64,000 nucleotides of DNA from Sphingomonas paucimobilis. GTDB lineage: Bacteria > Pseudomonadota > Alphaproteobacteria > Sphingomonadales > Sphingomonadaceae. Numbering within the stretch: position 1 is the stretch's first letter; each line of letters opens with the position of its first letter. The DNA lies in contig JAQIJL010000001.1 of NCBI GenBank assembly GCA_036946325.1, forward strand, positions 1,578,630 to 1,642,629, in the 5' to 3' direction. Below, piece after piece: positions 47,715-57,017 of the stretch. The position numbers and the translations under genes were made by a program. The notes below the pieces were generated by a model, which was not told where the DNA came from, searched no databases, and saw nothing but the letters and a program-made list of their open reading frames with translations.

Positions 47715-49307
47715 ATGTCGTCGCAACCCTCGCTCATTGCCAATCTGAGGCAGGACATTCCCGCCTCGATCGTCGTGGCGCTCGTCGCATTGCCGCTCTG
47801 TCTCGGCGTTGCGCTCGCCTCGGGCGCCCCGCTCTTTTCCGGGCTGATCGCCGGGATCGTCGGCGGCATCGTCGTCGGGTCGCTCAGCAAGTCGCCTTTG
47901 TCGGTCAGCGGCCCTGCCGCCGGCCTGACCGTGATCGTGCTCGACGCGATCACCAAGCTGCCGAGCTTCGACGCGTTCCTGCTCGCCGTGTTCCTCGCGG
48001 GCTGCATGCAGATCCTGCTGTCCTTTTCGCGCTCGGGCGTGCTCGGCGAATTCGTGCCCTCGTCGGTCATCACCGGCATGCTGGCCGCGATCGGCCTGAT
48101 CCTGATCCTGAAGCAGGTGCCGCACGCGATCGGCTATGACGGCGATCCGGGCGGCGACTTCGCCTTCAGCCAGGGCGACGGCCTCAACACCTTCAACACC
48201 ATCCTGTTCGTGCTGCGCGAACAGGTCGTCTGGGGCGCGACGATCATCGCCGCGATCAGCATCGCGTTCCTGTTCTGGTGGGACAAGAACAAGCCCAAGG
48301 ACGGCCCGTTGCGCTTCGTTCCCGGCCCGCTGGTGGTCGTGGTCGGATCGGTCGCGATCAACGCGCTGCTGGGCGTCGTCGCGCCCGCCATCCAGGTCAA
48401 GTCGACCCATCTGGTCAGCGTGCCGATCGCCGATGGGCTGGGCGGTTTCGTCAAGCTGTTCAGCCTTCCCGACTTCGGCCAGATCGGCAACGTGACCGTA
48501 TGGACCGTCGCCGTCACCCTCGCCATCGTCGCCAGTCTCGAATCGCTGCTGTCGGTGAAGGCGGTCGACGAACTCGACCCCAAGCGCCGCGTGACGAACA
48601 AGAACCACGAATTGCTGGCGCAGGGCGGCGGCAACATCATCTCGGGCCTGATCGGCGGCCTGCCGGTCACCTCGGTCATCGTGCGGTCGTCGGCGAATGT
48701 CGACGCCAATGCCGCGTCGAAGATGTCGACGATCCTGCACGGCACCTGGCTGCTGCTCAGCGTCCTGCTGGTCCCGACGTTGCTCAACCTGATCCCGCTA
48801 TCGGCGCTGGCCGCGGTGCTGATCCAGACCGGCTATAAATTGACCAAGCCCGAGCTGTTCACCAAGCGCTGGAAACAGGGCATGACCCAGTTCGTGCCGT
48901 TCGTCGTGACGATCGCCGCGATCCTGTTCACCGACCTGCTCAAGGGCATCGTCATCGGGCTGGTCGTCGGCTTCATCTTCGTCATCGCCCGCAATTTCCG
49001 CCCCGCGGTGACGTTCGTGCAGGACGGCGAAGGCCCCGGCGCCAGCTGCATGGTCCGCGCCAAGCGCAACCTGTATTTCATCCACAAGGTCGAACTGACC
49101 AAGGAACTGGAAAAGGTGCCGGACGACTGCACGGTCGTGATCGACCTGTCGGCGACCAGCTATGTCGACCTCGATAATATCGACATCATCAACGGCTTCA
49201 TCAAGAATGCGCAGTATCGCAATATCGACGTGCTGGTGCGCGGCGATATCGGCGACAAGACCGCGCCGCAGATCAAGGCGCCGCGCAAGGAGGTCGCCTA
49301 CGCATGA
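47715..49307 (+). CDS. SulP/SLC26 anion (probably bicarbonate) transporter with STAS-like C-terminus
   Basis: VALPLCLGVALASG, VSGPAAG, ELLAQGGGN, TSVIVRSSANV, IPLSALAAVL. Confidence 0.93.
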   Translation: MSSQPSLIANLRQDIPASIVVALVALPLCLGVALASGAPLFSGLIAGIVGGIVVGSLSKSPLSVSGPAAGLTVIVLDAITKLPSFDAFLLAVFLAGCMQILLSFSRSGVLGEFVPSSVITGMLAAIGLILILKQVPHAIGYDGDPGGDFAFSQGDGLNTFNTILFVLREQVVWGATIIAAISIAFLFWWDKNKPKDGPLRFVPGPLVVVVGSVAINALLGVVAPAIQVKSTHLVSVPIADGLGGFVKLFSLPDFGQIGNVTVWTVAVTLAIVASLESLLSVKAVDELDPKRRVTNKNHELLAQGGGNIISGLIGGLPVTSVIVRSSANVDANAASKMSTILHGTWLLLSVLLVPTLLNLIPLSALAAVLIQTGYKLTKPELFTKRWKQGMTQFVPFVVTIAAILFTDLLKGIVIGLVVGFIFVIARNFRPAVTFVQDGEGPGASCMVRAKRNLYFIHKVELTKELEKVPDDCTVVIDLSATSYVDLDNIDIINGFIKNAQYRNIDVLVRGDIGDKTAPQIKAPRKEVAYA

Positions 49308-49939
49308 GGGAATACAAGCACCTGCTCCTCGCCAACAAGGCATGGGCCGCCGAACGGCTGGAGGACAATCCCGATTATTTCGCGCGGCAGATCGTCGGGC
49401 AGCAGCCCGAATTCCTGTGGATCGGCTGTTCCGACAGCCGCGTCGCACCGGACCAGCTGACCAATACCGAACCGGGCGGAATGTTCATTCACCGCAATAT
49501 CGCCAATCTGGTCGATCCGGGCGACCAGAATTTGATGTCGGTGGTGCAGTTCGCGGTCGAGGTGCTGAAGGTCGGCCACATCATCGTGTGCGGCCATTAT
49601 GCCTGTGGCGGCATTCAGGCGGCACTGGAAGGCGGCGTCGACGGCCATGTCCATGACTGGCTGGCGATCGCCCGCCAAGTGGTCGAAAACCACCGCGAGG
49701 AACTCGACGCCCTGCCCGAGGATCAGCGCGCCAACCGTCTGGTCGAACTGAACGTCCACGACCAGCTGGTGCAGCTCGCCCGCACCGACGTGGTGCAAAA
49801 GGCGTTCGCGAGCGGCCAACCGCTCGAACTCCATGGCTGGGTCTACGACCTGCGCGACGGGCTGCTCAAGCCGCTGATGGAAATCGACGCGACGACGCCG
49901 CTGGAAGCGGTAACCAAGCCGGACAAGGTGCTGGTCTGA
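49304..49939 (+). CDS. can: Beta-class carbonic anhydrase 2 (Can/YadF-like)
   Basis: WIGCSDSRV, HRNIANLV, CGHYACGGI, LVELNV, HGWVY. ATGA overlap with SulP. Confidence 0.93.
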   Translation: MREYKHLLLANKAWAAERLEDNPDYFARQIVGQQPEFLWIGCSDSRVAPDQLTNTEPGGMFIHRNIANLVDPGDQNLMSVVQFAVEVLKVGHIIVCGHYACGGIQAALEGGVDGHVHDWLAIARQVVENHREELDALPEDQRANRLVELNVHDQLVQLARTDVVQKAFASGQPLELHGWVYDLRDGLLKPLMEIDATTPLEAVTKPDKVLV

Positions 49940-50021
49940 TATGGGCGATCGTCGCGACGCCAAACTCACAAGGACGGGCACCTTGTGAGACCGGAACCTG
50001 ATCCATCCCGTTCGAATCAGG

Positions 50022-50104
50022 CGTCATCCCAGCGAAGGCTGGAATCTCCCGGTTATAGCGCGGAGCAATAGCCACGGGAGACCCCGGCCTTCGCCGGGGT
50101 GACG
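50022..50104. repeat. CGTC-type REP dimer
   Basis: cgtcatcccagcgaaggctggaatctccc...gggagaccccggccttcgccggggtgacg. Confidence 0.85.
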
Positions 50105-50145
50105 CCGTCTGGAGGCGCGGCACAAGGGCCACGACTGCACGCCTC

Positions 50146-50946
50146 TTAGCCCGCCATCGTCATCACCGACCCCGAATCCACCCGCAAATTCGCGCCGTTG
50201 ACGAAGCTCGCCGGCTTCGACACCAGGAACAGGATCGCCGCCGCGACCTCTTCCGCCGTGCCCCGCCGGCCCAGCGTCATGCCGGGGCGTTCTTCCTTCA
50301 GGAAACTCTTGATCGCATCGTCGCGATCGGTGCCCTGTTCCTCGGCCCGCTTGTCCATCATCGCATCGGTCATCGGCGTCGCGATGAAGGCGGGCGACAC
50401 GCTGTTCACCAGCACATTGTCGCAGCCATAGGCCTTCGACAGCCCCTTCGCCAGATTGAGTAGCCCGGCCTTGGACGCACAATAGGCCAGTTCGTCGACA
50501 TAGGGCTGTACCGCATCTTCCGACGCGATCAGCACGATTCGGCCGCCGCCCTTGCGCATCGCCGGAATCGCCTCGCGCGTCACCCGCACCGCGCCCATCA
50601 GGTTGATGTCGAGCGTCGACTGCCACCCGGCATCGTCGACCTCGAGGAAATCGCCGGTCGCCCCGGTCACGCCCGCCGCATGGACGAGGATCGTCGGATC
50701 GCCCAGTTTCCCGCGCACCTGTTCGAACAGCGCCTTGACGCTCGACAGGTCGGTCACGTCGGCGGCCACCGCCACCACCTCGCCATGTTCGGCCAGTTCG
50801 GCGCGGACCTTCTCCAGCGCGTCGGGGTCCTGATCGCTGATCGCGACCCGCGCACCTTCCTGCAACAACATCCGCGCCGTCTCGCGCCCGATGCCGCTAT
50901 CCGCCCCCGTCACAAGCGCCAGCGCGCCGCCCAGTCCATAATCCAT
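50146..50946 (-). CDS. Short-chain dehydrogenase/reductase
   Basis: TGADSGIG, YCASK (YxxxK), NSVSP, VNGANLRVDSG. Confidence 0.93.
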   Translation of the reverse strand: MDYGLGGALALVTGADSGIGRETARMLLQEGARVAISDQDPDALEKVRAELAEHGEVVAVAADVTDLSSVKALFEQVRGKLGDPTILVHAAGVTGATGDFLEVDDAGWQSTLDINLMGAVRVTREAIPAMRKGGGRIVLIASEDAVQPYVDELAYCASKAGLLNLAKGLSKAYGCDNVLVNSVSPAFIATPMTDAMMDKRAEEQGTDRDDAIKSFLKEERPGMTLGRRGTAEEVAAAILFLVSKPASFVNGANLRVDSGSVMTMAG

Positions 50947-51037
50947 GTTACTCTCCCGTCAGGAAACCGACCAAGCTATTGAAACGCCGCGCGGTTCCCT
51001 GCCCACTGGGGAGCGAACCGTTCCCTGCCGCCACAAA

Positions 51038-51118
51038 CGTGATCCCGACGAAGGCTGGAATCTCCCGGCAGGAGCGCGCGCCTGACCGCAGAAGGCACCA
51101 GCTTTCGCTGGGGCGACG
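51038..51118. repeat. CGTC-type REP dimer (degenerate)
   Basis: cgtgatcccgacgaaggctggaatctc...gcaccagctttcgctggggcgacg. Confidence 0.7.
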
Positions 51119-51139
51119 ATCGCAAGACGAAGGGCCGCC

Positions 51140-52966
51140 CTACAACTCCGCGCCACCCAGCGTCGCGATCGCCTGAATCAACGCCAGATGGCTCAATCCC
51201 TGCGGCAGATTGCCCAGATAATCGCCGGTCGTCGGGTCGATCATCTCGGGCAGGATCCCGGTACCGTGCTTCAACCCGTCCATCGCCGCCGCGAACGCCG
51301 CTTCGGCCCGGTCCTGCTGGCCCAGCATCGCTCGTGCCTCGACCATCCAGAATGTGCAGGCGAGGAAGCACCCCTCCTCGCGCTCCATCCCCTCATAGCG
51401 ATAGTGGAACGCTCCCGCGCCCAGTTCGCGGTCGATCGCGTCGAGCGTGCGCGCCAGCCGGTCCTGCCCGTCGAAGCGGAATCGTACCGCCAGCGCCAGC
51501 GACGCGTCCAGCCCGTCCGCGCCCGGATAGCAGAGATACGCCCCGCGTTCCTCGTCCCAGCAATGCTCGCCGATCCAGTCCATGATCCGGTCGCGTTCAC
51601 GCGCCCAGCGGTCGCGGCAGGTCGTCGGAATCTGCCCGGCATCGGCCAGCTCTACCGCGCGTTGCAGCGCCTGCCAGCAGCTAATCTTCGACATGGTATA
51701 ATGCTGCACCTCGGTCAGTTCCCAGATGCCGGCATCCTTCTGCCGCCAGCGATCCGCGCACAGATCAGCCAAATGCGACAGCGTCGCCGCACTTTCCCCG
51801 TCGAGGATGTTGCCGCACGCCACGAACCGTTCGGCAGTCTCGAAAATGTCGCCATAGATGCCGTGCTGGTGCTGATCGGTCGCCAAGTTCCCGGTCACCA
51901 CCGGCTTGGACCCGCGATAGCCCGGAATGTCGATTTCGCGCACGCCCGGCACCGGATCGCCGCCCAGCGTGTAGCAGACCTTCGGCACCCCCTGCCCCAG
52001 CCGCTTCAACAGCCAGGTAAAGCCCGCCTTCGCCTCGGCATGCGCGCCGATCCGCAGGAACGCCTTGATCGTGTAGCCCGCGTCGCGAATCCACGCGTAA
52101 CGATAGTCCCAGTTCTTTGGTCCGCCCACTTTCTCCGGCAGCGACGTCGTGGCGGCAGCGACGATCGCCCCGGTCGGCGAGTAGAGGAGCAGCTTCAGCG
52201 CCAGCGCGCTGCGGATCGCCAGCGCTTGCCGCGCACCGTCGCAATGCAACTGCCCCGACCAGTCGAGCGCCTCGGTCCAGTCGCGCCATTCGCGGTCGGA
52301 CAGGTCGATCCGCGCGTCGATCGCCTCGATCGGCGGTACGACCAAAGGCTCGTCGGCGCCGGCCACGATGCCGATGGTCGCCCGCTCGCCCTGCGCGACC
52401 GCGATCCGCCCGTCGATCCCGTCATCGCCCTGCCGCTCGATCACCACCTTGTCGCTGCACCGGACCAGCCCCAGCACCGCGCCGACATGGAACACGTCAT
52501 GCCCGCCGGCCGGCGCGAAATAGGGACTGACCGTATCCGCCCGCCGCCCGAAACGCAGCGTCAGCGCGAACGTCATATGCCCGTCCAGCCCCTCGACCCG
52601 CCGCGCCAGTTCGGCCCAGGGCAACCGCCCCGCCGTGCCGCTGTTCAGGCTCTCGGTCAGCTTCGCCCGCCCGGTCGCGGTGGTGAACACCGTCTCCAGC
52701 ACGTTGCTGTCGTCGCGATAGCGCTGCTCGCTGGTAAAGGCTTCGGTCGGCGTGATCGCGAAATAGCCGCCCAGCGTCCCGTCGAGCAGCCGGTCGAACA
52801 AGGCGGGCGAATCCATGTTCGGCACGCACCACCAGTCGATCGACCCGTCCGCCCCCGACAGCACCACCGCCCGCCCGTCGCCCAGCGCGCCATAGCGGGC
52901 GAGCGGCAGATAGCCCTCCTCGTCGCGAAGCAGGGCGGGATCGGCGGCGCGGGGTCGGAACAGCAT
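51140..52966 (-). CDS. Glycoside hydrolase family 15 (trehalase/glucoamylase-like)
   Basis: SLPEKVGGPKNWDYRYAWIRD, DAGIWE, EGCFLACTFW, LGNLPQGLSH. Confidence 0.92.
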   Translation of the reverse strand: MLFRPRAADPALLRDEEGYLPLARYGALGDGRAVVLSGADGSIDWWCVPNMDSPALFDRLLDGTLGGYFAITPTEAFTSEQRYRDDSNVLETVFTTATGRAKLTESLNSGTAGRLPWAELARRVEGLDGHMTFALTLRFGRRADTVSPYFAPAGGHDVFHVGAVLGLVRCSDKVVIERQGDDGIDGRIAVAQGERATIGIVAGADEPLVVPPIEAIDARIDLSDREWRDWTEALDWSGQLHCDGARQALAIRSALALKLLLYSPTGAIVAAATTSLPEKVGGPKNWDYRYAWIRDAGYTIKAFLRIGAHAEAKAGFTWLLKRLGQGVPKVCYTLGGDPVPGVREIDIPGYRGSKPVVTGNLATDQHQHGIYGDIFETAERFVACGNILDGESAATLSHLADLCADRWRQKDAGIWELTEVQHYTMSKISCWQALQRAVELADAGQIPTTCRDRWARERDRIMDWIGEHCWDEERGAYLCYPGADGLDASLALAVRFRFDGQDRLARTLDAIDRELGAGAFHYRYEGMEREEGCFLACTFWMVEARAMLGQQDRAEAAFAAAMDGLKHGTGILPEMIDPTTGDYLGNLPQGLSHLALIQAIATLGGAEL

Positions 52967-53069
52967 GCAGCCGATAACCCATGATAACCGCCAAATGTCC
53001 GGATCGGCGGGAGAATGTCCGTGCGGCGTGCGTTGGCGCACCATTCCCACCCCCACGGAGAACCGCTTC

Positions 53070-54200
53070 ATGAGCATCGCGTCCGCCTTCGGGCTAGGCA
53101 AGAAGGTCCGCTACGCCGTCGTCGGCGCGGGCGACATCACCCAGCGGTCGATGCTGCCCGGCATCAAGCATACCGGCAATTCGAAGCTCGTCGCGATCGT
53201 CACCGGCGACGCCGACAAGGCGGCGGCGCTGGCGGAGATGTACGGCGTCGACGCGACCTATGATTACGACCGGTTCCACGAACTGCTCGCCTCGGGCACG
53301 ATCGATGCGATCTATCTCGGCACGCCCAACTGGCGCCATGCCGAATTCGCGATCCCCGCGCTGGCCGCCGGCATCCATGTCCTGTGCGAAAAGCCGCTCG
53401 AAATTTCGGTCGAACAGGGCCGCGCCATCGCCGCGGCACAGGCCGCTTCGTCGGCCAAGCTGATGACCGCCTATCGCCTGCATTTCGAACCCGGCACGCT
53501 GGCGGCGATCGACATGGTCCGCGACGGCAAGCTCGGCGACCTCGTGACCTTCTCGGCAACGTTCAGCCAGTCGCTCGACCCCGACAACCACCGCGCCAGG
53601 CATGGCATCATCGCCGGGCCGCTGTTCGACATGGGACCATACCCGATCAACGCCATCCGCTATCTGTTCGGCGAGGAACCGGTCGCGGTGGAATCGGCGG
53701 TGGCGACGCGGCAGGCGGGCGCCGGCTTCGGCGATCTCGACGATACCTTCGCGGTCGTGCTGCGCATGCCCGGCGACCGGTTGGCGAGCTTCACCGTCAG
53801 CTATTATGCCGGCAATGTCGATCACCTGACCATCGCCGGGACCAAGGGCAGCATCCATATCGACCCCGCCTTCGGTTATGGCGATACCCAGCATCAGACG
53901 ATCACGATCGGCACCGACAAGCGCGAAGAGAAGTTCAAGCCGACCGACCAGTTCGGTGGCGAGATGAAATATTTCTCCGACTGCATCCTGAACGGCGACG
54001 ACCCCGAACCCGATGCGGAGGAAGGCATTGCCGACCTGCGTGTGATCGAAGGGATCGTGGAAGCGCTCAAGACCGGCCGCCGCGTCGACCTGCCCCCCTT
54101 CGAACGCCGCCGCCGCATCAACACCGCGACGCAGAAGCAGACGCTGTCGCCGATCACCCCGCCGGAGACGGTGAAGGCGAAGTCGCCGAGCGGGAATTAA
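53070..54200 (+). CDS. Gfo/Idh/MocA oxidoreductase (GFOR-like, no Tat signal)
   Basis: YAVVGAG, HVLCEKP, AYRLHFEP, DMGPYPINA. GGAG RBS. Confidence 0.92.
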   Translation: MSIASAFGLGKKVRYAVVGAGDITQRSMLPGIKHTGNSKLVAIVTGDADKAAALAEMYGVDATYDYDRFHELLASGTIDAIYLGTPNWRHAEFAIPALAAGIHVLCEKPLEISVEQGRAIAAAQAASSAKLMTAYRLHFEPGTLAAIDMVRDGKLGDLVTFSATFSQSLDPDNHRARHGIIAGPLFDMGPYPINAIRYLFGEEPVAVESAVATRQAGAGFGDLDDTFAVVLRMPGDRLASFTVSYYAGNVDHLTIAGTKGSIHIDPAFGYGDTQHQTITIGTDKREEKFKPTDQFGGEMKYFSDCILNGDDPEPDAEEGIADLRVIEGIVEALKTGRRVDLPPFERRRRINTATQKQTLSPITPPETVKAKSPSGN

Positions 54201-54213
54201 GCCGAGATACCCG

Positions 54214-55207
54214 TCACCCCGGCCTTGAGCCGGGTGTGGATTCACGAACGAAGTGCAACGGTTTGAAAGCCTCTGCGGGGGTTTGGAAGCCGAGGCATTT
54301 TCTGGGCGTATGATTGTGTCTGGCGAGGATTGCATCGAGTTTTCGCTGGGACAAGTCGGTTGGCTGGGTTTGGCGTGGCAGGTCGCGTCTGAGGCGCCCG
54401 ATGGCGTTTTCGACGCCGCCTTTTTGCCAAGGGGGATCGCGGGTCGCAGAACCAGGTGTCGAGCCGGAGTTTCTGGCCGATCTGCCGGTGCCGTGTGAAC
54501 CCGGTGCCGTTGTCGAAGGTGAGGGACCTGCGAAGCGCGGGGGGCACGGGGCGCAGCATGCGCACGAGTGCCCTGGCGACGGGATCGGCCTTGAGGCTGT
54601 CCTGCCGCAGGGCAAGGGTCAGGCGCGAGCTGCGCTCGTGGACGACGATGACGGCGTGGCCCGGCTTGGAGAAGAGCATGGCGTCGGCTTCCCGGTGTCC
54701 GGATTGCTCGCGGGTCGCGACGTCGGCCGGGCGCTCGTGGATCGAACGGCCGGTCGGGCGCGGCCAGCCCCCTTTGGTGCGCCAGCCTCGCTTGTACTTT
54801 GCGCGCGGCAGGTAATGGCGCCAGCGCCGGTCGTTGGTACGCCGGAGCCGGGCATGGACGAAGCGGTAGATCGTCTCGTGGCTGATGACCGGATGCCCCG
54901 CCTCGCGCATCAGACGGCCGCAGACCTGCTCGGGCGACCAGCCCGCGGCCAGTCGATCGAGGACGGTTTCGCGCAAGGCGTCTTCGCGTTCGAGCCGGCA
55001 ACCGCTCCAGCGCCGCGCTGCCGCCTGTGCCTGGGCATAGACCGGTCGGTACCCGATCTTCGTGCCCGTGTTCCGCTTCAGCTCGCGCGAGATCGTCGAT
55101 GGCGTGCGATCCAGAGCTGCAGCGATTTGCCGGATCGATCGCCCGGCTTCACGAAGCCGGGCAATCGAACAGCGTTCCTCAAGCGTAAGCTGGCAATAGG
55201 TCGACAT
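54214..55207 (-). pseudogene. IS30-family transposase, frameshifted at G5 run 54431-54435
   Basis: HTH YCQLTLEER...STISRELKRN, ISHETIY, TFDNG. PWQKGGVEN and TPRKCLGFQTP are in a shifted frame. Confidence 0.88.
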
Positions 55208-55251
55208 GGCAACACCTGTCTCAGATGTTGCACTTCGTTTGTGAACTCAGG
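54235..55251 (-). mobile_element. IS30-family insertion sequence (about 1017 bp)
   Basis: 26-bp imperfect IRs (20/26 identical) resembling IS30 TGTAGATTCA...TGCAACA. Inferred GGG target duplication. Confidence 0.9.
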
Positions 55252-55353
55252 GGGGTCCCGCTTCTTCTTCTTCTTCTTCTGCGGTCGGAAAGAAGCGGGA
55301 CCCCGGATCAGGTCCGGGGTGACGATGGGGTGCACCCGACAGTCAATGGCCGC

Positions 55354-56361
55354 CTACCACTCGACCCCGATTTTCCCGAAATGGTCGCCGCCTTCCTGGA
55401 AGTGGAACGCCTCGGCCAGTTCCTCCAGGGCAAACCGCCGATCCACCACCGGCCGGATGCCCGTCGCGTCCAGTGCCGCCACGAACTCCTGCTGCTCGCG
55501 CCGGCTGCCGACGATCAGCCCCTGCAACCGCGCCTGCTTCGCCATCAGCGCCACCGTCGGCACTTCGCCGCCCATGCCCGTCAGCACGCCGATCAGCGAG
55601 ATATGCCCGCCGACCCGCACCGCCGCGATCGACTGGGCCAGCGTCGCCGGACCGCCGACCTCGACCACATGATCGACCCCGCGTCCGTCCGCCCACTGCG
55701 CGACCGTCGTACCCCAGTCGGCATCGTCCTTATAATTGACGGTAAAGTCCGCGCCCAACGCCTTGGCGCGCGCCAGTTTATCGTCGCTGGACGAGGTGAT
55801 CGCGACCAACGCCCCCATCGCCTTGGCGATCTGCAACGCCCAGATCGACACGCCGCCGGTGCCGAGCAACAGCACCCGGTCGCCCGCCTTCAATCCGCCA
55901 TCGACGACCAGCGCCCGCCACGCGGTCAGCCCGGCGGTGGTGATCGTCGCCGCCTCGACCGCGTCCCAGCCCTTGGGCGCCAGCGTAAAGGCGGTCGCCG
56001 GCAACACGACCACCTCCTGCGCGAACCCGTCTATTCCATCCCCCGGCGTCCGCGCGAAATCGCCTACGGTCGGACCACCATCCTGCCAGTCCGGAAAGAA
56101 GCACGACACGACCATGTCGCCGACCGCAAAGTCGGTCACGCCCTCGCCCACCGCCTCCACGACACCCGCGCCATCGGCCATCGGCACCCTTCCATCGGCG
56201 GCGGGCGACTTGCCGCTCGCCACGATATAGTCATGGAAGTTGAGCGAGCTGCCATGCAGCGCCACGCGGATTTCGCCCGGCCCCGGCTGCCCCGGATCGG
56301 CGCGATCGACGACGTCCAGCCGGTCCAGCCCGCCTGGCGCCCGCAACTCGACCGCCTTCAT
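55354..56361 (-). CDS. NAD(P)-dependent MDR-family alcohol dehydrogenase/quinone reductase
   Basis: SLNFHD, DGAGVV, AGLTAW, LGTGGVS, HFGKI. Confidence 0.9.
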   Translation of the reverse strand: MKAVELRAPGGLDRLDVVDRADPGQPGPGEIRVALHGSSLNFHDYIVASGKSPAADGRVPMADGAGVVEAVGEGVTDFAVGDMVVSCFFPDWQDGGPTVGDFARTPGDGIDGFAQEVVVLPATAFTLAPKGWDAVEAATITTAGLTAWRALVVDGGLKAGDRVLLLGTGGVSIWALQIAKAMGALVAITSSSDDKLARAKALGADFTVNYKDDADWGTTVAQWADGRGVDHVVEVGGPATLAQSIAAVRVGGHISLIGVLTGMGGEVPTVALMAKQARLQGLIVGSRREQQEFVAALDATGIRPVVDRRFALEELAEAFHFQEGGDHFGKIGVEW

Positions 56362-56879
56362 GCGTCGTCTCCCGCGTCGACCACCGTCTGCGTCATGGCC
56401 GTAGGCGACAGGATTTCGATCCAATAGCCATCGGGGTCGGTGATGAACGCGATATCCTTCATCCGCCCCTCGTCCGGCCGCTTGCGGAAATTGACGCCCA
56501 GTTCCTCGAACCGCGCGCACGCGGCGGCGACGTCGGGCACGCTGATGCCGATATGGCCGAAGCCGCGCGGATCATCGTTGCCGCTGTGATAGCCGGCGAA
56601 GTCGGGATCGTCCTCGGTCCCCCAATTATGCGTCAGCTCCAGCGTCGTCTCGCGCGTGAACACGAACCGCGCCCGCTCCTTCGGGTCGCCCGGCACGCTT
56701 TCGCCATCGCGCAGAAACCCGAGGAAATAGAGCGAGAACGCCGCCTCCTCGAAATCCAGCTTCTGCAACAACGTCATGCCCAGCACATCCTGATAGAAGG
56801 CCAGGCTGGCGCTGGGGTCGCGGACGCGCAGCATCGTCTGGTTCAGCGTAAAGCCTTCGGTGCCGGTCGGTCGGGTCAT
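56358..56879 (-). CDS. gloA: Lactoylglutathione lyase (glyoxalase I)
   Basis: [39 protein letters not shown]. Confidence 0.95.
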   Translation of the reverse strand: MTRPTGTEGFTLNQTMLRVRDPSASLAFYQDVLGMTLLQKLDFEEAAFSLYFLGFLRDGESVPGDPKERARFVFTRETTLELTHNWGTEDDPDFAGYHSGNDDPRGFGHIGISVPDVAAACARFEELGVNFRKRPDEGRMKDIAFITDPDGYWIEILSPTAMTQTVVDAGDDA

Positions 56880-57017
56880 GGCAAATTCCTCGATTCTGTC
56901 GCCGCCGCAAACGCACGGGAACCGATTTGGCCGCGTGGGCGCCCGACGCTTATGGTTGACGCGCCCGGTATCCGGCGTAACGATCCCCCCAATCGTCCGT
57001 CCGAAAGGCCCGCCCGC

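Larger units (their letters stand above)
54212..55324. repeat. CGTC-type REP dimer split by IS30 (left part 54212-54234, right part 55252-55324)
   Basis: Joining the halves gives cgtcaccccggccttgagccggggtcccgcttctt...aagaagcgggaccccggatcaggtccggggtgacg, matching the intact copy at 59957. Confidence 0.85.

Noticed and set aside
50974-51024. Two GGAAC boxes upstream of the SDR gene as EcfG promoters
   Set aside because: The -10 position reads GCT or GCA at N17, not GTT. Only a partial match.
54242-54300. Transposase ending VALRS* in the original frame
   Set aside because: That frame loses the catalytic Glu region. The conserved PWQKG/TPRKCLG motifs are in the other frame, which runs into the REP.
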